64,000 bases of DNA from a bacterium (GCA_030674455.1 JAUSGQ010000027.1:18786-82785); one strand, 5' to 3'; shown: positions 1-9,462, counted from the stretch's first letter. Translations and numbers: made by a program. Notes: generated by a model from the sequence alone, not told the origin.

Positions 1-2
1 CC

Positions 3-1295
3 GTGAACGCTACGCAATTTTGGAACACAGACTTTTATTCCGGCGTCGGCCTCATACCCACGTCGCTTTTGTCAGTCGGCATTTTGGGTCTTTTGTCCTG
101 GGGCTTTCTCATATTATATATTCTTTGGTTAATAGTCCGATTTGCGCGTGACCGAAGTCTTCGCACGCCCATAAAGACTGTTACAGGAGTCGTTCTTGCT
201 GGCACTCTCTATCTCTTTGTTTTCAACATCGTGTACGTTCCGGGGGTTTCAATTACAGCATTGTCGTTCGCGCTTATCGGAATCCTGATAGCTCTTTTTG
301 CCGCGGAAAGAAAAGTGGGCATGTGGACATACGCTCTCAACTGGAAAGGAGTTAAATCCGGGTCTTTGGCTACGGCCGTTGTGGCGCTCGCTCTTGTCAT
401 CATATTCGGCTCGGCGGAATCTATTCGAGCGCTCGTGTCCGACACGCAAGTCAACCGCGCTATCGTCGCTTACAGCGCGACCGGCGACTTAGATGCCGCT
501 GCTAAGTATGACGAATACGCACTTTCCGTTTTTGCCGATAACGATCGGGCGCATCGCACGGGCGTGGAAATAGGGCTTCTGCAGCTCAAAGAAATGCTCG
601 CGCAGGGGGATACCTCCGATGAAATGCGCACGCGCCTGCAAAATACGCTCCAAGCCACCCTCAAACACGGAATTGCCGCAGTATCGGCGGACAGCGGCAA
701 CTACAGAAACTGGCTTTCTCTGGCGCAGCTTTACAGCGAGCTCTCGGCCGGAGGAATTCAAGGCGCCGATAAAAATGCGAAAGATGCTTACGAGCGCGCC
801 CGAATAGAGAATCCGACAAGTCCTCTGCCGCTCTTGGGTTTGGCGCAGATTGATTTGGCGGCCTCCGACAACAAAGCCGCGCTTGAACACCTCAACTCTG
901 CTCTAGCAATAAAGTCCGATTTGACGCAAGCGCGTTTGCTCCTTTCCCAGTTGAGCGCGAGAACGAATGACCTGGCTAAAGCCGAAGAAGAAGCTCTTAA
1001 TGTCGTGCGCTTGGCGCCTGAAGACCCGCTTGCCTGGTACAACCTCGGGCTCGTTCTCTATACGCGCAAAGAGTACGATAACGCCGCTCTGGCGCTTGAG
1101 CGCGCGGTCCAGATCCAGAAAGATTACGCGAACGCGCTTTTTACTTTGGGTCTAACATACTATCAGCTTAATCGCCCGAATGATGCCATCGCTATGTTCG
1201 AAAAAGTAGCGGAACTGAACCCGAATGACCCAACGCCGCAAACTGCCATTACAAACGTTAAAGCAGGTAAAAACCCGCTTCAGAAAGACAGTTAA
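3..1295 (+). CDS. Membrane-anchored TPR-repeat protein (5' partial)
   Basis: ORF runs off the window start. N-terminal hydrophobic helices, then C-terminal TPR-like repeats (AWYNLGLVLYTRKEYDNAALALERAVQIQKDYANALFTLGLTYYQLNRPNDAIAMFEKVAELNPND). Confidence 0.55.
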   Translation: MNATQFWNTDFYSGVGLIPTSLLSVGILGLLSWGFLILYILWLIVRFARDRSLRTPIKTVTGVVLAGTLYLFVFNIVYVPGVSITALSFALIGILIALFAAERKVGMWTYALNWKGVKSGSLATAVVALALVIIFGSAESIRALVSDTQVNRAIVAYSATGDLDAAAKYDEYALSVFADNDRAHRTGVEIGLLQLKEMLAQGDTSDEMRTRLQNTLQATLKHGIAAVSADSGNYRNWLSLAQLYSELSAGGIQGADKNAKDAYERARIENPTSPLPLLGLAQIDLAASDNKAALEHLNSALAIKSDLTQARLLLSQLSARTNDLAKAEEEALNVVRLAPEDPLAWYNLGLVLYTRKEYDNAALALERAVQIQKDYANALFTLGLTYYQLNRPNDAIAMFEKVAELNPNDPTPQTAITNVKAGKNPLQKDS

Positions 1296-1304
1296 AGAGC
1301 GATT

Positions 1305-3005
1305 ATGATGAGGCGGGCGCTTCAATTTTTTTCCGGCGAGGTGCACGGAATTCACTCGGCAGTATACGTGCTTGCGGTATTCGCACTTTTGTCCTCGCTT
1401 CTCGCGCTTTTGCGCGACAGACTCTTGGCACATTCCTTCGGCGCTGGAGTCGAACTCGACATCTACTATGCGGCTTTCAGAATCCCCGACTTCCTATTTG
1501 TGGCGCTGGGAGCCCTCGTTTCTGTTTATGTCATTATCCCCGAACTGGCACATCGCGACGACGAGAGCCAAAAGAACTACATCGATACGATTTTTTTGGG
1601 TTTTTCTATTCTTGCCGTTTTCGCCGGCGGCATTGCCGCCTTTTTTTCGCCCGCGATACTCACTGCTCTCTTTCCGCACTTTGTAGAAGCCGGGCACCTT
1701 CCCACGCTCACTTCGCTCACGCGCATTATGCTGCTCCAACCTGTTTTGCTGGGCCTCTCAAACATATTCGCAGCCATTACACAGACCAAAAATAGGTACA
1801 TACTCTATGCATCGTCGCCCTTATTTTATAACTTGGGTATCATTCTCGGTATCGTTGTCTTATACCCGATGTGGGGCCTTTCGGGATTGGCTTGGGGAGT
1901 GGTCGTTGGAGCATTGCTCCACGCCGGTATCCAAGTTCCCTCGATCCTGCGTGACGGTTTCTTTAGAAGACTGCCGCGTTTTAAAGAAGCAAGCGATTTG
2001 TTGAGGACAGCCGCCATTTCCATTCCGCGCGCATTAGCTCTTTCCATGAACCAAATTACGATTATCGGTCTTACGGCTATGGCCGGTATCTTAGCCGTCG
2101 GTTCGATTTCCGTGTTTATGTTCTCATTCAACTTATACAGCGTTCCGCTCGCTGTAATCGGTGCCTCATATTCGGTCGCGGCGTTTCCATCGCTCGCGCG
2201 CTCTCTATCGCAAGGGAGGCAGGGAGAATTCATAGAAAACATCGCCACTGCTGCGCGGCATGTTCTGTTTTGGTCGCTGCCTGCCACGGCGCTTATTATT
2301 GTTTTGCGGGCTCACATCGTCCGCGTGGTTCTGGGAAGCGGAGCATTCGACTGGACGGATACGAGGCTTACGGCCGCATCGTTTGCCCTCTTGTCTCTTT
2401 CGCTAGCTTGCCAGGGTTTGATTCTTCTTCTTGTGCGCGGATATTATGCCGCCGGCCGGACATTCATTCCTCTATTTGTGTCTTCAACAATTGCGTTCGT
2501 AACGATCGGATTAAGCGCGCTTCTCGTTCAGATCTTTAAGGGGGACTCCGCACTCTCCTTCCTGCAATCGCTTATGCGTCTTCAGGATGTTTCGGGAAGT
2601 GAGATGCTGGCTCTCGCAATAGCATATGCGTCATCAGTATTATTTGGAGCAATAATTCTTATTGCCTTTTTTGAGCGCAGATTTGCCGGTTTCTTTACAC
2701 TCATTAGTCGATCGCTTGCGCAAAGCATAGTGGCGTCGTTTGCCGGCGGTGTTGCCGCCTACGGAATGCTTTCTCTCACAAGCCCTCTCACACTCACCTC
2801 GACGCTCGCTTCGGTTTTTGTTAAGGGATTTGCGGGAGGCCTCACGGGAATCACAATATCAGCTCTCGTGTATGCGCTCCTCGGGAATCGAGAGTTTATC
2901 GAGACCGTCGCGGAGGTTCGGGGTCGTCTGTGGCGCGGCTCAATCAAAGTTGAGGGCGGAGCATCCATTGTCTCGTCTGCAGAAGAAACTGCGGAACTGA
3001 AGTAG
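1305..3005 (+). CDS. murJ: Lipid II flippase MurJ/MviN
   Basis: 566-aa polytopic membrane protein. The N-terminus (RDRLLAHSFGAGVELDIYYAAFRIPDFLF) matches the MurJ family signature region. Confidence 0.75.
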   Translation: MMRRALQFFSGEVHGIHSAVYVLAVFALLSSLLALLRDRLLAHSFGAGVELDIYYAAFRIPDFLFVALGALVSVYVIIPELAHRDDESQKNYIDTIFLGFSILAVFAGGIAAFFSPAILTALFPHFVEAGHLPTLTSLTRIMLLQPVLLGLSNIFAAITQTKNRYILYASSPLFYNLGIILGIVVLYPMWGLSGLAWGVVVGALLHAGIQVPSILRDGFFRRLPRFKEASDLLRTAAISIPRALALSMNQITIIGLTAMAGILAVGSISVFMFSFNLYSVPLAVIGASYSVAAFPSLARSLSQGRQGEFIENIATAARHVLFWSLPATALIIVLRAHIVRVVLGSGAFDWTDTRLTAASFALLSLSLACQGLILLLVRGYYAAGRTFIPLFVSSTIAFVTIGLSALLVQIFKGDSALSFLQSLMRLQDVSGSEMLALAIAYASSVLFGAIILIAFFERRFAGFFTLISRSLAQSIVASFAGGVAAYGMLSLTSPLTLTSTLASVFVKGFAGGLTGITISALVYALLGNREFIETVAEVRGRLWRGSIKVEGGASIVSSAEETAELK

Positions 3006-3162
3006 GAGAAAGCAGTCTACAGTCTACAGAAATGCGTTAGGAATTTCCGCTGTAAACTGTAATCGCCTCGCTCATGCAGCCGTCGCTTACTCGGAAAAGG
3101 AAGTGAAACTTCCTTTTCACTCGCTTCGCTAGGCTGTAAACTGTTCACTGTCGACTACCATT

Positions 3163-4947
3163 ATGTCTTCCAATATACGAAATTTCTCGATAATAGCTCA
3201 TATAGATCACGGGAAATCCACCCTGGCTGACCGCATGCTAGAGATGACCGGAACGATAGAAAAAAGGCACATGCAGGAGCAGGTTCTCGACAAAATGGAA
3301 CTGGAACGCGAACGCGGTATAACCATAAAAATGGCCCCTGTTCGGATGGACTATACGCTAAACGCTATTCGCTATACGCTAAACCTGATTGATACTCCAG
3401 GACATGTGGATTTTGCATACGAAGTCTCGCGCGCTCTTTCTGCAGTTGAAGGAGTCATCCTTCTTGTTGATTCGACGCAAGGCGTTGAGGCGCAGACACT
3501 TTCCGTACTCTCTGTTGCGAAGAGTCTCGGTCTCGTAATAATTCCGGTCGTTTCCAAAATTGACTCGCCTAATGCGCGGGTTGACGATATCACAAGCGAA
3601 CTTGCGTTATTGCTTGGATGTTCGGAGTCGGACGTACTGCCAGCGTCCGGAAAGACGGGAGAAGGAGTAGATGAAATACTTAAGGCGGTAGTTGAAAGAA
3701 TTCCACCACCGAAATCCTCGAGTGGTAGCTTACAGGCGCTAGTGTTTGATTTCGGCTATTCCGACCACCGCGGAGTTATCGTCTATGCGCGCATCTTTGG
3801 CGGTCATGTTGCAAAGGGGGACAATCTTCGCCTTGTGGCCGCCCATGCCGATTTTATTGCCCTAGAGGTGGGAGTAATGAAGCCAGGAGAAACTCCTGTA
3901 CAAACTCTTAATGAGGGCGAAATTGGCTATATCGTAACGGGAATTAAAAAGCCCGGCCTCGCCTCTGTCGGCGATACCGTAACAACTGTGCGCACTCCCG
4001 CACCAGCGCTTGCGGGATATCGCTCTCCAGCGCCTGTTATTTGGGCGAGCGTGTACCCGGAAAATCAAGACCACCTGGTGCTTCTTAGGCAATCGCTTGC
4101 GCGTCTGCACCTTTCGGACTCATCACTCTCCTACGAGGAAGAATCCTCCGGCGTGATGGGTAAGGGTTTTCGGTGCGGTTTCTTAGGCATGCTCCACCTT
4201 GAGATAATTATCGAGCGTCTGCGGCGCGAATTCGCACTGAACCTAGTTGTCACTATGCCGACGACCGTTTACGAGGTGACGTATCCCAACGGGAAAGTTG
4301 AGGAAATTTACGCGCCTGCCCGCCTGCCCGACGACGGCACGGCAAAGCGCCTGCGCGAGCAGTGGGCTGAAATTGCAGTCATATCGCCTCCAGAATATCT
4401 AGGACTTATTTCACAGTTGCTGTATGAACACGAAGCCGTGATAGGGGACACAGAAACGTTGCCCGACGGTAAGGCAAAACTTTCATCGCAGATGCCCCTG
4501 CGCGAACTCATGCGCGGTTTCTTCGACAAGCTCAAGAGCGTTTCTTCCGGCTTTGCATCGCTTTCATACGAAATAATCGGATTGAGGGATGCGGACGTTG
4601 TGCGCCTTGATGTACTTGTGGCAGAAGAGGCGGTGCCGGCATTTTCGCGAATTGTCAGCCGCAGGCGCGTGCGCACAGAGGGCGAAGCAATTGTTGAGAA
4701 GCTTGAGAAAATCCTGCCCCGACAGCAATTCGTACTAAAAATACAGGCCAAAGCGATGGGGAATATCATAGCAGCGAGGCGCGTCTCTGCACTCCGAAAA
4801 GATGTGACCGGATACCTCTACGGTGGCGACATTACGCGAAAAATGAAACTGTTGGAGAAACAAAAGAGAGGAAAGAAGAAAATGCTAGCGAGAGGAAAGG
4901 TGGACATCCCCCACGAGGTTTTTTTGAAGGTAATACGCGAATCGTAA
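3163..4947 (+). CDS. lepA: Translation elongation factor 4 (LepA)
   Basis: 594 aa with a GTPase G1 motif (AHIDHGKSTLADR) and DTPGHVDF. Length and C-terminal domain are typical of LepA. Confidence 0.9.
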   Translation: MSSNIRNFSIIAHIDHGKSTLADRMLEMTGTIEKRHMQEQVLDKMELERERGITIKMAPVRMDYTLNAIRYTLNLIDTPGHVDFAYEVSRALSAVEGVILLVDSTQGVEAQTLSVLSVAKSLGLVIIPVVSKIDSPNARVDDITSELALLLGCSESDVLPASGKTGEGVDEILKAVVERIPPPKSSSGSLQALVFDFGYSDHRGVIVYARIFGGHVAKGDNLRLVAAHADFIALEVGVMKPGETPVQTLNEGEIGYIVTGIKKPGLASVGDTVTTVRTPAPALAGYRSPAPVIWASVYPENQDHLVLLRQSLARLHLSDSSLSYEEESSGVMGKGFRCGFLGMLHLEIIIERLRREFALNLVVTMPTTVYEVTYPNGKVEEIYAPARLPDDGTAKRLREQWAEIAVISPPEYLGLISQLLYEHEAVIGDTETLPDGKAKLSSQMPLRELMRGFFDKLKSVSSGFASLSYEIIGLRDADVVRLDVLVAEEAVPAFSRIVSRRRVRTEGEAIVEKLEKILPRQQFVLKIQAKAMGNIIAARRVSALRKDVTGYLYGGDITRKMKLLEKQKRGKKKMLARGKVDIPHEVFLKVIRES

Positions 4948-4951
4948 GAGC

Positions 4952-4980
4952 TTGACAATAGCACTAACGTGTGCTATACT
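4952..4980 (+). promoter_or_regulatory. Consensus-like sigma70 promoter (TTGACA-17-TGcTATACT)
   Basis: TTGACA at 4952-4957, then a 17-nt spacer, then extended -10 TGCTATACT at 4972-4980, directly after the lepA stop. Confidence 0.6.
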
Positions 4981-5048
4981 TATAGAGTCACGAGGCAGGA
5001 AGTTTGCGTTCCTGTCGGGGTGGCGTTGCTCGTTTGAAGGAGACGATC

Positions 5049-5135
5049 ATGAGGCGATTGCTTCTAATTGTCTTTATCGCTGGATTGGTTGCGGTTTTCG
5101 CAAAGCAGCCAGCGAAGAAGATTTCGCGACAGTAA
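5049..5135 (+). CDS. 28-aa hydrophobic/basic small peptide (MRRLLLIVFIAGLVAVFAKQPAKKISRQ)
   Basis: AAGGAGA ribosome-binding site lies 7 nt upstream of the ATG, about 60 nt downstream of the strong promoter. The peptide has a single TM helix with a basic C-terminus. It is below the 60-aa ORF-track cutoff. Confidence 0.45.
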   Translation: MRRLLLIVFIAGLVAVFAKQPAKKISRQ

Positions 5136-5572
5136 TGTCGTGAGGGATAGTTAGGCAGGTTCGCTCCCAAACTTGAACCTCCACATCAGTTCACATCTAT
5201 AAGATTTCGATTTTATAAATGCGGATTGGCCGGTGACGATTTCGTTGCCGGCTTTCCTTTTTGATATTTTGGTTGACATTTATTCTAAGCAGATTATCGT
5301 GGAGTCTGAAGACGCGGTCTGGCTGACAGACCGCAGAAGTCGAATTCTTGATTCGAACGAGTATCCGGGTTGCGTCGGATACATTTCGAACTCGTGAATT
5401 CGAATGCTTGGGAGGAACCAGATTATGCGCATGCATGATCTTTTTGGCCCTCCCCGGCTTTTTATTCAGTTTGTCTGTTTTTGGGTTTTCCACCTCCTTC
5501 GAGTCAAGGGCTAGTGCTAGTCAGAGCATGACGAGCGCGCATGTTTTCATGCGTTATCGGCTGTTCTTAGAT

Positions 5573-5707
5573 TCAGTACTTGCCTGAAATCATCGCGACC
5601 AATCCCGGTGCAAAGAAAAGCACCATACTGATTATGACGAGAACGGCAACGACGCTCCAAAAATACTTCATTACTTTTTTAGTATTGCGGTTGAAAAGAA
5701 AGGACAT
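5573..5707 (-). CDS. 44-aa small membrane protein (MSFLFNRNTKKVMKYFWSVVAVLVIISMVLFFAPGLVAMISGKY)
   Basis: Short minus-strand ORF missing from the track (<60 aa), with a single predicted TM helix. Speculative. Confidence 0.25.
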   Translation of the reverse strand: MSFLFNRNTKKVMKYFWSVVAVLVIISMVLFFAPGLVAMISGKY

Positions 5708-5831
5708 GTTAGAGATTGTTAACGAGTAAAACGAGATTAGAAGCTCTTACACCCAGCATCTTTGTTTCGTTGAGAAACGAAGGTGCTGGGTCAATAAAAT
5801 ATAAATTCGCTGCGCTCATAACATTTTCTAG

Positions 5832-6224
5832 ATGGTAAGATTATACAGTATGACTACGTTTGGGCAACGTCGTGACCCTGTGCGTTTGTTTGGCAAACGC
5901 CTGTTGCTAATTGTACTGTTTTTGATTGTGACCGTCGCAATTTCGGGAGTTTGGAAAGCGTATCGGAAAGAGCAGGAATCGCTGGCATTGCGGAAGGAGG
6001 CGGAAGTTCAGCTGGCAGATTTAACACAGAGGAAGGCACAGTTAGAGGCGGATATCGCAAAACTCAATACGCCGCGAGGTATGGAAGATGCTCTGCGCGA
6101 ACAGTATCTTCTTGCGAAGACAGGAGAGAATCTTATCATTATCGTAGACCCGCCAACGCCCGCTCCGATAGAGGCCACATCTTCAGTGATGAACTGGTTC
6201 CGAACGAAGCTCAAATGGTGGTGA
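5832..6224 (+). CDS. Septum formation initiator (FtsB/DivIC-like)
   Basis: N-terminal TM, a coiled-coil region, and a C-terminal MEDALREQYLLAKTGENLIIIV resembling the DivIC/FtsB family. Confidence 0.55.
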   Translation: MVRLYSMTTFGQRRDPVRLFGKRLLLIVLFLIVTVAISGVWKAYRKEQESLALRKEAEVQLADLTQRKAQLEADIAKLNTPRGMEDALREQYLLAKTGENLIIIVDPPTPAPIEATSSVMNWFRTKLKWW

Positions 6225-6267
6225 CACTGCTCGCTTTGGGGTGCTAATTTTGTTAGATTTATTCAGC

Positions 6268-6340
6268 GCGGATATAGTTTAGTGGTAAAACGAGTGCTTC
6301 CCAAGCATTAGATCGGAGTTCGATTCTCCGTATCCGCACC
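6268..6340 (+). tRNA. tRNA-Gly(CCC)
   Basis: Cloverleaf read by hand: acceptor GCGGATA/TATCCGC, anticodon loop TTCCCAA, T-loop TTCGATT, discriminator A, then CC. Confidence 0.8.
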
Positions 6341-6342
6341 GA

Positions 6343-6672
6343 TTAAAGATATTTCTTTCCGTACTTTCGCATTGCGTCTAAAACACCGCGCAATGCAGCG
6401 CCCTTTTTTGTCAATGTATATTCAACACGGGGCGACTGCACAAAAAATTCTTTCTTTTGGATGAGCTTTTTGCTCTCTAGAAGCCTTAACTTATTGGAGA
6501 GTGTTCGCGTGCTTATGCCAGAAAGTGAGTCCTGCAAATCACGGAACCTCCTTGGCTTTTCAAGGAGGTCGCGCAGTATGAGAAGCGAACAAGAATCCCC
6601 TAAAAGGTCTGCAACGCGTGCAACGGGGCATGAGTGGCACAATGTTTTCCTTTGTTGGGCTGTCCGGAGCAT
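6343..6672 (-). CDS. HxlR-family transcriptional regulator
   Basis: CHSCPVARVADLLGDSCSLLILRDLLEKPRRFRDLQDSLSGISTRTLSNKLRLLESKKLI matches the HxlR wHTH. Start placed at an internal Met; the N-terminal extension of the tracked ORF looks spurious. Confidence 0.7.
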   Translation of the reverse strand: MLRTAQQRKTLCHSCPVARVADLLGDSCSLLILRDLLEKPRRFRDLQDSLSGISTRTLSNKLRLLESKKLIQKKEFFVQSPRVEYTLTKKGAALRGVLDAMRKYGKKYL

Positions 6673-6990
6673 TATCCCGTTAGAGGCCCGCCTGCCATCG
6701 CCTGAAAGCAACGGTAGCTGCGCCTTTATTAGTTGGTAAGTTTGCAACGTTAACTCCAAACACCGCGTCCGCCGCTCTGGCTTTGGCGGGCAGGCAGGAA
6801 GCAATGCTTCCCGCACATGATTTAGAATTGATAATCGACCTGATTGATTTATTTTCCGAATGTTCCATATATAAGTCCCGTCTTCCGCGGCCTCTAACGG
6901 GATTATCCACAGATTATCATCTCTTCTGGCACTTTACAATGTAAAGCGCCGGTATATACTGTAGTCATTAACAATTTAAATACTAGAAAA

Positions 6991-7620
6991 ATGATCTCTG
7001 AAAACGTCTTGAAGGTTAAAATTATTCTTGGAAGCACTCGCCCTAAGCGCTTCAGTGAACATGCAGGCCGATGGATATTCGAGCAGGCTATGAACATTGA
7101 GGGAATTGAATCCGAAATACTTGATTTGAGGGACTATGAAATGCCTTTTTTTAATGAACCGGTGTCCCCGAGTTCTAAAAACGAAGATTACACGAACGAA
7201 GCTGTAGCGCGATGGACAAAGAAAATCAAGGAGGCAGATGCATTCATAGTAGTTACGCCAGAATATAACTACGGATATTCGGCGGTCTTAAAAAATGCTC
7301 TCGATTACGTCTATCCCGAATGGAACAATAAACCGATTGGATTTGTCGCTTATGGCTCGGTGGGCGGTGCTCGCGCGCTTGAACAATTGCGCTCGGTCTC
7401 AGTGGAGCTTCAAATGGCGCCGATAAGAACCGCGGTACACATCACTGCGCCGTGGGGTCTTGTGGATGAAAAAGGTGGCCTTAAACCAGGCGCGCTTGAA
7501 CCTTATAAGAAAACCGCTGAAGGCATGCTTTCGCAGCTTATTTGGTGGGCGGAGGCGCTCAAAGCGGCGAGGACGCAGACCTTGCGCAAGTATGCGCGGA
7601 CAGAGACCTTAGCAGTGTGA
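6991..7620 (+). CDS. NAD(P)H-dependent FMN reductase family protein
   Basis: KIILGSTRPKRFSEHAGRWI and TPEYNYGYSAVLKNALDYVY match the FMN_red flavodoxin-like fold. Divergent from the hxlR-like regulator. Confidence 0.7.
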   Translation: MISENVLKVKIILGSTRPKRFSEHAGRWIFEQAMNIEGIESEILDLRDYEMPFFNEPVSPSSKNEDYTNEAVARWTKKIKEADAFIVVTPEYNYGYSAVLKNALDYVYPEWNNKPIGFVAYGSVGGARALEQLRSVSVELQMAPIRTAVHITAPWGLVDEKGGLKPGALEPYKKTAEGMLSQLIWWAEALKAARTQTLRKYARTETLAV

Positions 7621-7664
7621 TATGATTGTAAATAATTATTTAATGGGATAGTAAATATCAAATT

Positions 7665-7907
7665 ATGGCTACGCAATCGAAAGTAACAGTTTACTCGACT
7701 CCCACTTGCCACTTTTGCCACGCGGCAAAGGACTTTTTTACCGCAAACAATATTAAATTCACGGATTACAATGTCGCGACAGACTTGGCGAAAAGGAAAG
7801 AAATGATCGAGAAAAGCGGTCAAATGGGTGTCCCGGTCATCGATGTCGACGGCGAACTTATTGTCGGCTTTGACGAAAACCAGCTCCGCAGTTTGTTGAA
7901 GCTCTAG
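7665..7907 (+). CDS. Glutaredoxin-like protein (CxxC)
   Basis: 80 aa with a TPTCHFCHAAKDF CxxC motif in a thioredoxin-fold pattern, plus C-terminal GVPVIDVDGELIVGFD. Confidence 0.75.
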   Translation: MATQSKVTVYSTPTCHFCHAAKDFFTANNIKFTDYNVATDLAKRKEMIEKSGQMGVPVIDVDGELIVGFDENQLRSLLKL

Positions 7908-7919
7908 TTTTTTCGGCTT

Positions 7920-7953
7920 AGGGGCGCGTATGCTACAGTGCATACGCGCCCCT
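7920..7953 (+). terminator. GC-rich hairpin after the grx-like gene
   Basis: AGGGGCGCGTATGC-tacagt-GCATACGCGCCCCT: perfect 14-bp stem, 6-nt loop, T-run upstream. Confidence 0.45.
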
Positions 7954-8029
7954 GTAAGTCATATTTGCAGGGCTGTCGCTTGGACGAGGCATGAAAGAGT
8001 TGCCATCTCGCTTCTCTTTTCGCCCTGTT

Positions 8030-8063
8030 CTTATATGCTTATTCGCGCGAATAAGCATATAAG
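8030..8063. repeat. 34-bp perfect palindrome (CTTATATGCTTATTCGC|GCGAATAAGCATATAAG)
   Basis: Exact inverted repeat with no spacer, immediately upstream of the tRNA-Arg. Confidence 0.8.
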
Positions 8064-8083
8064 GAAAATAATGCATAAAATCA

Positions 8084-8159
8084 GCCCCTGTAGTTCAATG
8101 GATTAGAACGTACCCGTCCTAAGGGTTTGATGGAGGTCCGATTCCTCCCGGGGGCACCA
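8084..8159 (+). tRNA. tRNA-Arg(CCT) (anticodon assignment tentative)
   Basis: Acceptor GCCCCTG/CGGGGGC, T-loop TCCGATT, CCA encoded. Anticodon loop read as GTCCTAA. Confidence 0.65.
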
Positions 8160-8169
8160 GTGTTATAAT

Positions 8170-8490
8170 ATGTCTGTGGAATCTGATAAGGAAAAAGAGA
8201 TGCTTGCGGAAACATATCGCCTGTCCAGGGATAATAACAAAATGCTCCATAGCATGCGTCGTAGCGCGTTTTGGGGCGGGGTATTGAAAGTGATTTTCTG
8301 GCTTGCCATTATCATCGCGCCGATATGGTTTTATTCAGCATATCTGGCTCCCATCGTGCAAAGTTTTCAGAATACTGTGAATCAGGTTCAAGGCACTGGC
8401 GCACAAGCGCAAGTTCAGTTGAACGGCTTCCAGGACATGCTTAAAGAATGGGGGTCTAAGGTTCAATCGGCACTCCCGTTGGGTCAGTGA
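8170..8490 (+). CDS. Hypothetical small membrane protein
   Basis: 106 aa with a central TM segment (WGGVLKVIFWLAIIIAPIWFY). No recognisable family. Confidence 0.45.
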   Translation: MSVESDKEKEMLAETYRLSRDNNKMLHSMRRSAFWGGVLKVIFWLAIIIAPIWFYSAYLAPIVQSFQNTVNQVQGTGAQAQVQLNGFQDMLKEWGSKVQSALPLGQ

Positions 8491-8524
8491 AAGAATCAAT
8501 CTCTTGTGGTATTGTGATGTCCTT

Positions 8525-8598
8525 GCCCAGATAGCTCAGGTAGTTAGAGCATTCCCCTGAAGAGGGAAGGGTGGTCAGTGCAAGTCTGACTCTGGGCA
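8525..8598 (+). tRNA. tRNA-Phe(GAA)
   Basis: Acceptor GCCCAGA/TCTGGGC, D-arm TAGCTCAGGTAGTTAGAGC, anticodon loop CTGAAGA, discriminator A. The 3' strand is also part of a 12-bp downstream hairpin. Confidence 0.8.
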
Positions 8599-8799
8599 CA
8601 AATAGTATTTTTTGCATTTTGTGCCCAGAAGAGCTGTGCCTGCGCACAGCTCGCGTCGGACTTGCAAACCGGAGCTATGTCGCGGAGCGACGGCGAGGTG
8701 TGGCCGTCTACAGGTGCCTATCATTACTGCGATAGGCACAGGAGCCACTTAGCGCGCAGCGCTTAGTGAGCTGACACCAAGTCTGACTCTGGGCACAAA
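8581..8799 (+). repeat. 22-bp direct repeat of the tRNA-Phe 3' end (CAAGTCTGACTCTGGGCACAAA) flanking about 175 bp of structured sequence
   Basis: Copies at 8581-8602 and 8778-8799. The intervening region holds hairpins and one copy of the GCCGTCTACAGGTGCCTATC motif. Confidence 0.8.
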
Positions 8800-8800
8800 A

Positions 8801-9376
8801 TTAAAACCCAAGCGTGTATGTAAGGGCGCTCCCGCTTCCATTGAGCCATTTGGAGGTGTCCAATTTTATTTCGCGAATTTTACCAAGCTCGCGGTACTTC
8901 ACGTGACCGTTGGTTAAAGCGTAATCAAATATTCCCCGCGTTATTTCTACATCCCTCATGCAGTACTTTCGTACTTTATCTACTTCCCCGGCCCGCCACC
9001 ATTTGAGCGATTGAGCGCCGTCGCTGGACTTCTTTTTTCCAAGAGTTCCATCTGCTACCGCATCCAGCCGCAATCGCCGCCCCAATACATCATGGATTTC
9101 TTTCATAAGGTCTAAACTTCGGATACGGGTTAAATCTCCCGGATAGTATTTGTTGAGAAGCGGAATATCAAAATGGTCAGAGTTGTAGCCGACAAGCAAA
9201 TCGGTGCGCTCAAGTATCTTCCATAGTTGCGGCAATCCCGGTTCAAGAAAACTCTTGTATTCGCCAGTTTCTGAATCGTGAATGCATACAAGAGCGATGG
9301 TGAGATCAGAGGGGTCTGAAGTTCCCGTGTCCGACATCCAATTCGCGGTTTCTATATCAAAGGTAATAATTCTCAT
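8801..9376 (-). CDS. DEDD-family 3'-5' exonuclease (RNase H-like fold)
   Basis: Exo motifs FDIET (I), GYNSDHFDIPLL (II) and YCMRDVEITRGIFDY (III). Confidence 0.65.
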   Translation of the reverse strand: MRIITFDIETANWMSDTGTSDPSDLTIALVCIHDSETGEYKSFLEPGLPQLWKILERTDLLVGYNSDHFDIPLLNKYYPGDLTRIRSLDLMKEIHDVLGRRLRLDAVADGTLGKKKSSDGAQSLKWWRAGEVDKVRKYCMRDVEITRGIFDYALTNGHVKYRELGKIREIKLDTSKWLNGSGSALTYTLGF

Positions 9377-9462
9377 AGCGTCTAGCTTATAGCGTACAGC
9401 GATTAGGGAATCAATAGGAGGTATTCTATACGCTTAACGCTATACGCTAATCGCTACTCTGG

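Noticed and set aside
3010-3160. Direct repeat GCTGTAAACTGT (x2) and an 11-bp hairpin between murJ and lepA
   Set aside because: It is probably just an intrinsic terminator or UTR structure. It is too short and unremarkable to call as a separate element.
4952-5143. 63-aa tracked ORF MTIALTCAILIESRG...
   Set aside because: It starts inside the promoter -35 element. The 28-aa ORF in another frame has the RBS and is the better candidate.
6673-6816. N-terminal 48-aa extension of the HxlR-like ORF
   Set aside because: HxlR proteins are about 110 aa. The extension is Pro/Arg-rich and overlaps the divergent promoter region, so an internal Met at 6672 was preferred.
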